Positions 37,334-44,263 of a DNA stretch of 44,263 bases are shown here, in pieces. Location of the stretch: contig CAZUPN010000001.1 in NCBI GenBank assembly GCA_964622015.1, positions 20,746 through 65,008 of the forward strand, written 5' to 3'. Numbering within the stretch: position 1 is the first letter of the stretch; the number at the start of each line of letters is the position of its first letter. Position numbers and translations under genes: made by a program. Origin of the DNA: an uncultured Rhizobiaceae bacterium. GTDB lineage: Bacteria; Pseudomonadota; Alphaproteobacteria; Rickettsiales; UBA1997. Under the pieces are notes generated by a model, which worked only from the letters and a program-made list of their open reading frames with translations, made no database searches and was not told the DNA's origin.

Positions 37334-38686
37334 ATGTTAGATAATATAACCAGCAATATCACTAAAATCATTGATCGCGTTAAGGGCAAAAAATTTATCA
37401 GCGAAGATGATTTAAATCAAACTTTACGCGAAATCAGGATCGCTTTACTTGAGGCTGACGTTTCGCTACCAATTGCTAAAGAATTTATTGAAAAAGTAAA
37501 AGCAGAAGCGGTTGGCCAGCAAGTAATCAAAAGTATTACTGCCGGACAGATGATTGTAAAAATCGTCCATGATAAATTAGTAAGCTTGCTTGGCGATGAA
37601 AAAAGTGAAATCAATTTAAATGCTAAACCACCAATTATCATCATGGCAGTTGGTTTACAAGGCGCCGGTAAAACCACCAATATGGCTAAATTAGCATTAA
37701 GATTAAAAACTAAAAATCATAAAAGGGTTTTACTAGTTTCGCTTGATACATACCGCCCGGCAGCTCAGGAGCAATTATCAATTTTAGCAGATAAAATTAC
37801 AGTTGATTGCCTGGAAATCATCCCTAATCAAAAACCAATCGAGATCACTAAAAGAGCAATTAATCAGGCAGGAGAAATGGGTTATGAGGTGGTAATTCTT
37901 GATACCGCTGGTCGAACCCATGTTGATGAAGAGATGATGCAGGAATTAAGCGAAATTAAGACGATCTCCAACCCGTCAGAAATATTATTAGTGATCGATG
38001 CTTTAATCGGGCAAGATGCAATCAATGTCGCCAAAAATTTTAATGAACGCCTTACATTAAGCGGCATAATTTTAACCAGACTCGATGGCGACAGCAGGGG
38101 TGGCGCTGCCCTAACCATGAAAGCTGCAACCAATTGCCCAATTAAATTTATCGGCGTTGGCGAAAAATTAGAAGATTTAGAAGAATTCAACCCCGATCGT
38201 ATCGCCTCAAGAATCATCGGCATGGGCGATGTGTTATCGCTAGTTGAAAAAGCCCAGGAACTTTTCAATCAGGAAGAAGTCGAAAAAGCGACCAAGAAAA
38301 TGGAAAAAGGCAAATTCGATTTTAATGATTTATTATCACAATTACGCAATATGAAAAAAATGGGCGGCCTAAGCACAGTCCTCAACTTACTACCCGGCGC
38401 CTCTAAAATCAAAGAACATCTAAGCAACTTCAATCATATGGAAAAAGAAGTAATAATGCAGGAAGCTTTAATCCTTTCCATGACCAAAAAAGAACGTCAA
38501 AACCCTGACAGCCTAAACACTTCGCGCAAAATTCGCATTGCTAAAGGCTCAGGTAGCACTATCCAGCAAGTAAATCGTCTGCTAAAAAAATACAAGCAAA
38601 TGCAAAAAATGATTAAAAAATTTGGCAAGATTGATAAGGAAGCAATTAAAAAGATGATTAATGAAGAGAAGTTTGGCGGGATTTAA
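37334..38686 (+). CDS. ffh: signal recognition particle protein Ffh
   Basis: N domain, G domain (GLQGAGKTT, DTAGR, TRLDGDSRGGAAL) and a Met-rich M domain. Confidence 0.95.
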   Translation: MLDNITSNITKIIDRVKGKKFISEDDLNQTLREIRIALLEADVSLPIAKEFIEKVKAEAVGQQVIKSITAGQMIVKIVHDKLVSLLGDEKSEINLNAKPPIIIMAVGLQGAGKTTNMAKLALRLKTKNHKRVLLVSLDTYRPAAQEQLSILADKITVDCLEIIPNQKPIEITKRAINQAGEMGYEVVILDTAGRTHVDEEMMQELSEIKTISNPSEILLVIDALIGQDAINVAKNFNERLTLSGIILTRLDGDSRGGAALTMKAATNCPIKFIGVGEKLEDLEEFNPDRIASRIIGMGDVLSLVEKAQELFNQEEVEKATKKMEKGKFDFNDLLSQLRNMKKMGGLSTVLNLLPGASKIKEHLSNFNHMEKEVIMQEALILSMTKKERQNPDSLNTSRKIRIAKGSGSTIQQVNRLLKKYKQMQKMIKKFGKIDKEAIKKMINEEKFGGI

Positions 38687-38708
38687 TTCCGGGCCCTTCA
38701 GTTATCTT

Positions 38709-38766
38709 CTGGATTGCCACGTCGCTCTACAGGCTCCTCGAGAGTGACAGACTCAAGACTTTCGTC
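38709..38766. repeat. half copy (one arm plus centre) of the RPE-like element, E3
   Basis: CTGGATTGCCACGTCGCTCTACAGGCTCCTCGAGAGTGACAGACTCAAGACTTTCGTC aligns with the reverse complement of E1 (CTGGATTGCCGCCTCGCCTACGGCTCCTCGTAATAACGAACTCAAGACTTTCGTC). It ends at the base before the glyS stop codon. Confidence 0.75.
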
Positions 38767-40944
38767 TTAGCCAATTTCAATCTTAGAAAAATCTGCAACT
38801 CGACCAAATAAATCCCTAACTTTTGCTAGTAAAATCAGGCGATGCTTTCTGGCTTCATGATTAGGGTCATTGATTTGTACATTTTCAAAGAAATTAGCAA
38901 TTGGCTCTTGTAGAGTAGCCAGCAAATTAAAGGCTGGATCGAATTCTGATTTTTTGATTAATTTTTTATAATTAAATTTAATTTTCCTAATCGCCAAATA
39001 AAGGTCTCTTTCATGGATATTTTTTGGCTTTAGCAGAATTTTTTTGCCACTATAGATTTTATCATCCTGTTTCTCGGCAATTGCTACGATGTTAGCTGAT
39101 CTTTTATATAATTCGATAATTTTTTGATTGTCTTTATTTTTAACAAAATTATCTAAGAATCTGGCTTTATTGGTTATTTTTAAAATGTCACAATATTTAT
39201 CTTTAGAAATTGGCGCCAATAGATAATCATCAATAACTGCATTAATAATATCGGGGCGTAAATTTTCGCTTTCTTTTAGATAAACCCGGAGTCTTTCAAT
39301 AAAAAATTTTTCAATTTCAATAATTAAAAGATTTTTTTGCTGCCCAAGATTTTTGGTACCTAAATATTCTTTAATTAATTTGATCTGATATAAATTTAAT
39401 GATTTTTCAATCATAATTTTAATTGCCATCGAAATATTATTAGCAAGGATAATTCTAATAATTCCAAGCGCTGATCTTCTAAGACCGTAAGGATCTTTGG
39501 AACTGGTTGGCTTTTGACCAATTAAAAACATGCCGGTAATATTATCAATTTTTTCAGATAATGATAATACGATGCCAAGGGGCGTTATCGGTAAATCGCT
39601 ATTTGGACCAGTTGGTAGATAATGCTCAGCAATTGCAGTTGCAACTTGCTGATCTTCAGCTTGTTTTAGGGCATAATAGCTGCCAATTTTTCCCTGTAAT
39701 TCCGGAAATTCCATTACCGCTTTGGTCAGAAGATCACTTTTTGCAAGACTTGCAGCCCTTGAAACCAAAGGTAAGTCGGCGTGAGGTATCCAAAGCGCAG
39801 TTAATTTAGCAATATCTGCTAAACGCTTAATTTTATCAAAAACTGAACCCAGGGCTTTATGAAAAACAATATTTTTTAGCTCATCAAGCCTTGAAATTAA
39901 AGGAATTCTTAGATCTTCATGAATAAAAAATTCTGCATCGCTTAATCTTGCTGCTACTACTTTTTGATTATCAATAGCAATTTTTAAGCGGTTATTTTGA
40001 TTAATGATAGCATTTGAAATGAAGATAAATTTGGATGCTAACTGACCGGAATCCAGAGATTTTAGACAAAAATATTTTTGATTTAATTTCATGGTTAAAA
40101 TCAAAATCTCAGATGGTAAATTAAGAAATTTTTGATCAATATCGCCAATTAAAGCGGTGGGATTTTCACAAAGACCGCAAACTTCATCAATTAAACCAGA
40201 TTCAAGATTATCAATTGTTGCTAGATTTAGTGATTTAGTGATTTCTGCAATTTGCTTAATGATTGTTTTTTTCCTTTCTTCCTGATCAATAATTACAAAA
40301 TTTTTACTTAAAATTTCTTGATATTGCTCAGCATTTTCAACCTTAATTGCTTCTAAATTATATAAAAAATTACCATAGGTAAAATTGTTAGATTTTTGAC
40401 CAGCAAATTCAAATGCAATTATTTCTGAGCCAAATAAACAAAGAATATTTCTAATTGGCCTGATCCATTTTGGCTGAACAAAAGTACCATCCTTAGTTGC
40501 TACATCCCATCTCATTAATTTTGGCCAAACAGTAACCATTTTGGTTAAAATTATCTCTATTGAGGCGGCAATTAAATTTTTGGTTGCAATTGCTTGCGAC
40601 TTACTGAGATAGCAATAACATGAAGCGCCATTATGCTCGACAATTTCTAAATCTTCTTTTTTAGCAAGCTTAACTGATTTTAAAAACCCCTCTATTGCCT
40701 TGGGATTAGCGTCAATTTTAGGGCCGATTTTGCTGGTTGATGGTAAAATTTGCAAAGCTTTTAAACCTTCAACATATAAGGTCAAACGCCGAGGCGCCAC
40801 CCATGATTTGATTTTATCAGAATCAAATTCGATATTATTTTTGGTAAAAATCTCAGCGCTAAATTTTGCCAAATGAAACGCCGCATCCTTTTGCATTGAT
40901 GCCGGAATCTCCTCGCTTAAAATTTCCAGTAAAAAAGAAGTCAT
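38767..40944 (-). CDS. glyS: glycine--tRNA ligase beta subunit
   Basis: LLEILSEEIPA N-terminus, 725 aa, GlyS-type helical and anticodon-binding layout. Confidence 0.92.
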   Translation of the reverse strand: MTSFLLEILSEEIPASMQKDAAFHLAKFSAEIFTKNNIEFDSDKIKSWVAPRRLTLYVEGLKALQILPSTSKIGPKIDANPKAIEGFLKSVKLAKKEDLEIVEHNGASCYCYLSKSQAIATKNLIAASIEIILTKMVTVWPKLMRWDVATKDGTFVQPKWIRPIRNILCLFGSEIIAFEFAGQKSNNFTYGNFLYNLEAIKVENAEQYQEILSKNFVIIDQEERKKTIIKQIAEITKSLNLATIDNLESGLIDEVCGLCENPTALIGDIDQKFLNLPSEILILTMKLNQKYFCLKSLDSGQLASKFIFISNAIINQNNRLKIAIDNQKVVAARLSDAEFFIHEDLRIPLISRLDELKNIVFHKALGSVFDKIKRLADIAKLTALWIPHADLPLVSRAASLAKSDLLTKAVMEFPELQGKIGSYYALKQAEDQQVATAIAEHYLPTGPNSDLPITPLGIVLSLSEKIDNITGMFLIGQKPTSSKDPYGLRRSALGIIRIILANNISMAIKIMIEKSLNLYQIKLIKEYLGTKNLGQQKNLLIIEIEKFFIERLRVYLKESENLRPDIINAVIDDYLLAPISKDKYCDILKITNKARFLDNFVKNKDNQKIIELYKRSANIVAIAEKQDDKIYSGKKILLKPKNIHERDLYLAIRKIKFNYKKLIKKSEFDPAFNLLATLQEPIANFFENVQINDPNHEARKHRLILLAKVRDLFGRVADFSKIEIG

Positions 40945-41519
40945 ATTTTGGTTGAAATAAAAATTGCTAATTTAGAAAAACATTTAATTACTGCCGTTAG
41001 TGGCTGATAATAGGAAATATCGGTAGCATTATGGTCATAGCCGATATCGCGATGCTCAATCTCCTGATTACGAAATTTATTGATTTTTTCTAGTAATAGA
41101 TCGGTTGTTTCTAGCCTTTCTTGATCATTTGAAGCAGCTTTTTTGATATCTTCTAATTCGCTAATTTGTTTTTGATAATGCTCATCAATTATCTCTTCAA
41201 CTGCTACCGTACAAGCCATCGCCGCCCTCTTATCTATAATTGCCGTTAAAAAACCGAGTCCAAAGCCGGCAATTTTCCATATTGGCTGCATTAAGGTCGG
41301 ACGAATTTTTTGCCGGGTAATTTCCTGATTAAAATAATCAAAATGCTCATCTTCTTGCAATTTCATATGCTCAATTAGCGCTAAAGTCTCAGCATCTTCT
41401 TTCTTCAAAGCTTTCTTTAATTTAAGCGCTGCAATCTGGCCCTTATAGATTACTTGCGCCCCATATTCTCCGGCATGATCAACCCTGATTATTGAAGATA
41501 TTTTATTATCAAAATTCAT
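40941..41519 (-). CDS. coq7: demethoxyubiquinone hydroxylase (di-iron carboxylate Coq7 family)
   Basis: RVDHAGEYGAQVIY and EExH-type motifs (MKLQEDEH, VAVEEIIDEH, QEIEH). 192 aa. Confidence 0.85.
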   Translation of the reverse strand: MNFDNKISSIIRVDHAGEYGAQVIYKGQIAALKLKKALKKEDAETLALIEHMKLQEDEHFDYFNQEITRQKIRPTLMQPIWKIAGFGLGFLTAIIDKRAAMACTVAVEEIIDEHYQKQISELEDIKKAASNDQERLETTDLLLEKINKFRNQEIEHRDIGYDHNATDISYYQPLTAVIKCFSKLAIFISTKI

Positions 41520-41543
41520 AAAAAATTTTCTTAATGTCTATTT

Positions 41544-41635
41544 CTGGATTGCCGCATCGGCTTCGCCTCCTCACGAGTGACAAATTTAAAACCTCGTTAT
41601 TCTCGAGAAGCCCCTAAAGCAAAGCGGCAATCCAG
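41544..41635. repeat. 92-bp palindromic intergenic element (RPE-like family), full-length copy E4, opposite orientation to E1
   Basis: CTGGATTGCCGCATCGGCTTCGCCTCCTCACGAGTGAC...CTCGAGAAGCCCCTAAAGCAAAGCGGCAATCCAG, with the same 11-bp termini as E1. Lies in the ychF-coq7 spacer. Confidence 0.8.
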
Positions 41636-41658
41636 TTTAATAACCAGCACAATAAACT

Positions 41659-42756
41659 CTACACATTAAACCTAAAATGAAAAACATCTCCATCTTGCAC
41701 AATATAGTCTTTTCCTTCAAGTCTTAATTTACCAGCTAATTTTGCGCCCTCTTCTCCTTTTAGATTAACATAATCAGCGTAAGAAATGGTCTCGGCGCGA
41801 ATAAAGCCTTTTTCAAAATCGGTATGAATAACTCCGGCAGCTTTTGGCGCGCTAAATCCTTTATCTAATGTCCAAGCATGACATTCTTTGGGGCCCACAG
41901 TAAAAAAAGTAATGAGATTTAGTAATTGATAGGAATTTCTGATAATTTGTGATAATCCAGTTTCTTTTAGGCCAACTGATTGCAGATATTCATTTTTTTC
42001 AGCTTCAGTTTCAAGCGAAGAAACTTCTGACTCAATTTGAGCACATATTTTTAGTGACTGATATTTATTTTGCTTACAATATTCTTCAACTTTGGCCGAA
42101 TAAGCATTACCAGTTATTTCATGCTCTTTTAAATTGCAAACAAAAAGCTGGGGCTTAGAAGTAATTAATTGTAAATTTTTAAGAATCTTAGCCTCATCAC
42201 TGTCTTTGATTTCAACATTTTTGGCTAATTTACCAGCCGCTAATAATGATATCACTCTTTTAGTAATTTCTAAAATAGCCGCCGCTTCTTTGTCAGTTTT
42301 TGCTTTCTTTTCAAGCCCTCCTAGCCTTTTTTCTAAACTTTCTAAATCAGCTAAAATTAGCTCAATTTGAATTAATTCAATATCACGAATTGGATCAACC
42401 TCACCTTCCACATGGGTAATATTTTCATCTTCAAAACATCTAATCACATTAATAATTGCATCAGTTTCGCGAATATGAGACAAAAATTGATTGCCAAGCC
42501 CCTCACCTTTACTTGCCCCCTTAACCAATCCCGCTATATCCACAAACTCAATTTGAGCTGCAATAATAGTAGCCGATCCTGCAATTTGAGTCAATTTTTG
42601 CAATCTCTCATCTGGTACATTAACCTTACCAAGATTGGGCTCGATGGTACAAAAGGGGTAATTAGCCGCCTCAGCTGCTGAAGTTTGAGTTAGGGCATTA
42701 AACAAGGTTGACTTTCCAACATTTGGCAAGCCAACAATTCCGCATTTTAAAGACAT
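41659..42756 (-). CDS. ychF: ribosome-binding ATPase YchF (Obg-family GTPase/ATPase)
   Basis: GIVGLPNVGKSTLFNALT, DIAGLVKGAS, and a C-terminal TGS-like domain (YIVQDGDVFHFRFNV). Confidence 0.95.
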   Translation of the reverse strand: MSLKCGIVGLPNVGKSTLFNALTQTSAAEAANYPFCTIEPNLGKVNVPDERLQKLTQIAGSATIIAAQIEFVDIAGLVKGASKGEGLGNQFLSHIRETDAIINVIRCFEDENITHVEGEVDPIRDIELIQIELILADLESLEKRLGGLEKKAKTDKEAAAILEITKRVISLLAAGKLAKNVEIKDSDEAKILKNLQLITSKPQLFVCNLKEHEITGNAYSAKVEEYCKQNKYQSLKICAQIESEVSSLETEAEKNEYLQSVGLKETGLSQIIRNSYQLLNLITFFTVGPKECHAWTLDKGFSAPKAAGVIHTDFEKGFIRAETISYADYVNLKGEEGAKLAGKLRLEGKDYIVQDGDVFHFRFNV

Positions 42757-42846
42757 TTAAGAAAAATAATTAGATTAGATTGAATTTTTTGACAGCTATA
42801 AAAAGCCAGTTTAATATGACTTCTTTTAAAAAGTAATAAATTTTTA

Positions 42847-43767
42847 CTAACCATCGATTATCCTGTTGCCAGTAGAGGGTGTAGCAGATTGAATTCTAGG
42901 TTTTGGCGATGGAGCAACTAGAACAAATTTTTCAGCCAAATGTTTTATGATTTCTTTATTTGACAAAGAAAGCTGTCTAGATTTTTCTGGATCGACTCTT
43001 TGTAATAATCTTGTTATTTGTGAATTTTTGATATCATCAAAAGCAAAGGAACCTTGCTTCCAAATTGTTTCTATCACATCATCAACTAAAAATCTAACTA
43101 GGCTATCCTGACCAGCCCTATGATGTTTACCTATAAGAAAAGAATTAAATTTTGGTCTATTCACTATCTTTTGTTTTAACTTTATTGCCGTAGTAAAAAG
43201 CTCTAGATCAGCCGGATCAACTTCGGGAGAAGTTACCATGATCTCTTCTAAGCCATATTTGGAATTCATTGCCAATACCAATAAATCATCTACCTGCCTT
43301 ACTCCGATTCGTTCTTGTGGAGGATTAAGATAAGTAGATTTTAGTATAAGGGTTTTTAAATTTGTAAGCCTATCTAATAAAGCCATAAAGCTATCAAATT
43401 TGCTTCTAAATAACACGCCGCCTCCAATTTCAAGCGTTGTTAAACCTGAAAGCTTAGATAAAGCTTCAACAAAAATTGTTAATGCATGCGAATCTGTGGG
43501 GCAGTTAATTCTAAGCGTTTTTAGCGTAGTAAATTCTGATAATTGCAGAAAAAATATCTTTGATATTCCAGTTGCAATGTAAGTTTGAGCAAAATCAGCT
43601 TCCCCGCAGGCTAAAATCTCAGACAGAACTAAATGTAGCTCGTCAGCTAATTGTTTAAATTTATCTGCCGGCAATTCATATCCAGATTCTGGCTTTTCAA
43701 AACTAGAAACAAGATTTGTTATATCAAATAAAACTCTATCTAGTTTACGTTTTTTCTCTTCATTCAT
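42847..43767 (-). CDS. hypothetical leucine-rich-repeat (RNI-like) protein with C-terminal F-box-like motif
   Basis: LRR-type periodicity at about aa 84-156 (LKTLRINCPTDSHALTIFVEALSKLSGLTTLEIGGG...LLDRLTNLKTLILKSTYL). The ATG at 43767 is preferred; the listed ORF starts at an in-frame TTG at 43794. Confidence 0.6.
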   Translation of the reverse strand: MNEEKKRKLDRVLFDITNLVSSFEKPESGYELPADKFKQLADELHLVLSEILACGEADFAQTYIATGISKIFFLQLSEFTTLKTLRINCPTDSHALTIFVEALSKLSGLTTLEIGGGVLFRSKFDSFMALLDRLTNLKTLILKSTYLNPPQERIGVRQVDDLLVLAMNSKYGLEEIMVTSPEVDPADLELFTTAIKLKQKIVNRPKFNSFLIGKHHRAGQDSLVRFLVDDVIETIWKQGSFAFDDIKNSQITRLLQRVDPEKSRQLSLSNKEIIKHLAEKFVLVAPSPKPRIQSATPSTGNRIIDG

Positions 43768-43910
43768 TAATAATTTATCTTCTTTAATTAACAATATGGG
43801 TAAAATCTAAGCTTGGTCAAACAATATAATATACACAACCCCAAATTTAAACCTTTATTTATTTTATGCACCAAATAAAATCGCAATTAAATTTAATATT
43901 TAATCAAATT

Positions 43911-44263
43911 ATGACTAAAAAAAATATTTTCTGGTTTCGACAAGACCTACGTTTAGAAGATAATCTTGGCCTATATGAGGCAGCAGAAAATGGCCAAGTA
44001 ATGGCCATTTATATCTTTGACGAAGATGACAAAAAAGATTTTAAAATGGGAGCTGCGAGCCGTTGGTGGCTACATCAATCACTGTCAAAACTAAATCAAA
44101 AACTTGATAATAAATTAAACATCTATTGCGGTAATTCTAGGGATATTATTTTAAGATTAGTAAAAGAAAATAATATCGATGGCCTCTATTTAAGTCGCTG
44201 CTATGAACCATCGCATCTTAAAGAAGATTCTGAAATAAAATCAGCACTTAAAAATATAGGCAT
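43911..44263 (+). CDS. phrB: deoxyribodipyrimidine photolyase / cryptochrome-family protein, 5' fragment (runs off window)
   Basis: Not in the ORF track because no stop is reached. My translation from the ATG at 43911 is MTKKNIFWFRQDLRLEDNLGLYEAAENGQVMAIYIFDEDD...GAASRWWLHQSLSKLNQKL. WFRxDLRLxDN and SRWWLHxSL are classic photolyase N-terminal signatures. Confidence 0.8.
   Translation, partial: MTKKNIFWFRQDLRLEDNLGLYEAAENGQVMAIYIFDEDDKKDFKMGAASRWWLHQSLSKLNQKLDNKLNIYCGNSRDIILRLVKENNIDGLYLSRCYEPSHLKEDSEIKSALKNIG

Noticed and set aside
1-44263. A search by eye for CRISPR arrays, rRNA/tRNA genes, IS elements or transposases, integrases, and phage or conjugation genes.
   Set aside because: There are no regularly spaced direct repeats and no spacer over 233 nt. 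No intergenic region shows tRNA-like T-arm or anticodon-arm structure, and no ORF has transposase, integrase or phage motifs. The only repeats are the palindromic elements and hairpins reported above. A tRNAscan/Infernal run would be the definitive check.

Overview
This is an AT-rich (about 30% G+C by eye), very gene-dense 44.3-kb window. Its gene content and layout fit a reduced, obligately intracellular alphaproteobacterium (Rickettsiales/Holosporales-like); the lineage call is inference from gene content only. I support 40 protein-coding genes, two of them cut by the window edges. The code is standard, since TGA is used as a stop. Many neighbouring genes overlap by 1-31 nt, and classical operons are scrambled.

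Most of the content is housekeeping:
- Transport: RND efflux pump, metNIQ, nhaA, ampG.
- Envelope: lptA/lptB, pal, tolB, ybgC, bamB with a yfgM-like gene, htrA.
- Metabolism: folB, pabA, folD, dapF, ppdK, ispE, ispB, coq7, ccmH.
- Information processing and proteolysis: recQ, hslV, rimM, trmD, ffh, glyS, ychF, plus an unlisted 5' fragment of a photolyase gene at the right edge.

I saw no rRNA, tRNA, CRISPR array, transposase, integrase or phage genes.

The parts worth a second look:
1. A 1,492-aa ankyrin-repeat protein lies between ispE and ispB. It has four divergent copies of an unrecognised helical module, an unassignable C-terminal domain, and its own near-consensus promoter.
2. A small leucine-rich-repeat protein carries a C-terminal F-box-like motif.
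3. There is an orphan 489-aa polytopic membrane protein.
4. There is a small acidic helical ORF next to the ankyrin gene.
5. A family of ~90-bp palindromic intergenic elements, reminiscent of Rickettsia palindromic elements, occurs in full, half and permuted forms.
6. A second family of ~20-nt GGGGTCAATAGACCCC hairpins is also present.

I did not find a clear multi-gene novel system such as a defence island. The strongest candidates are single-gene, eukaryote-like putative effectors.
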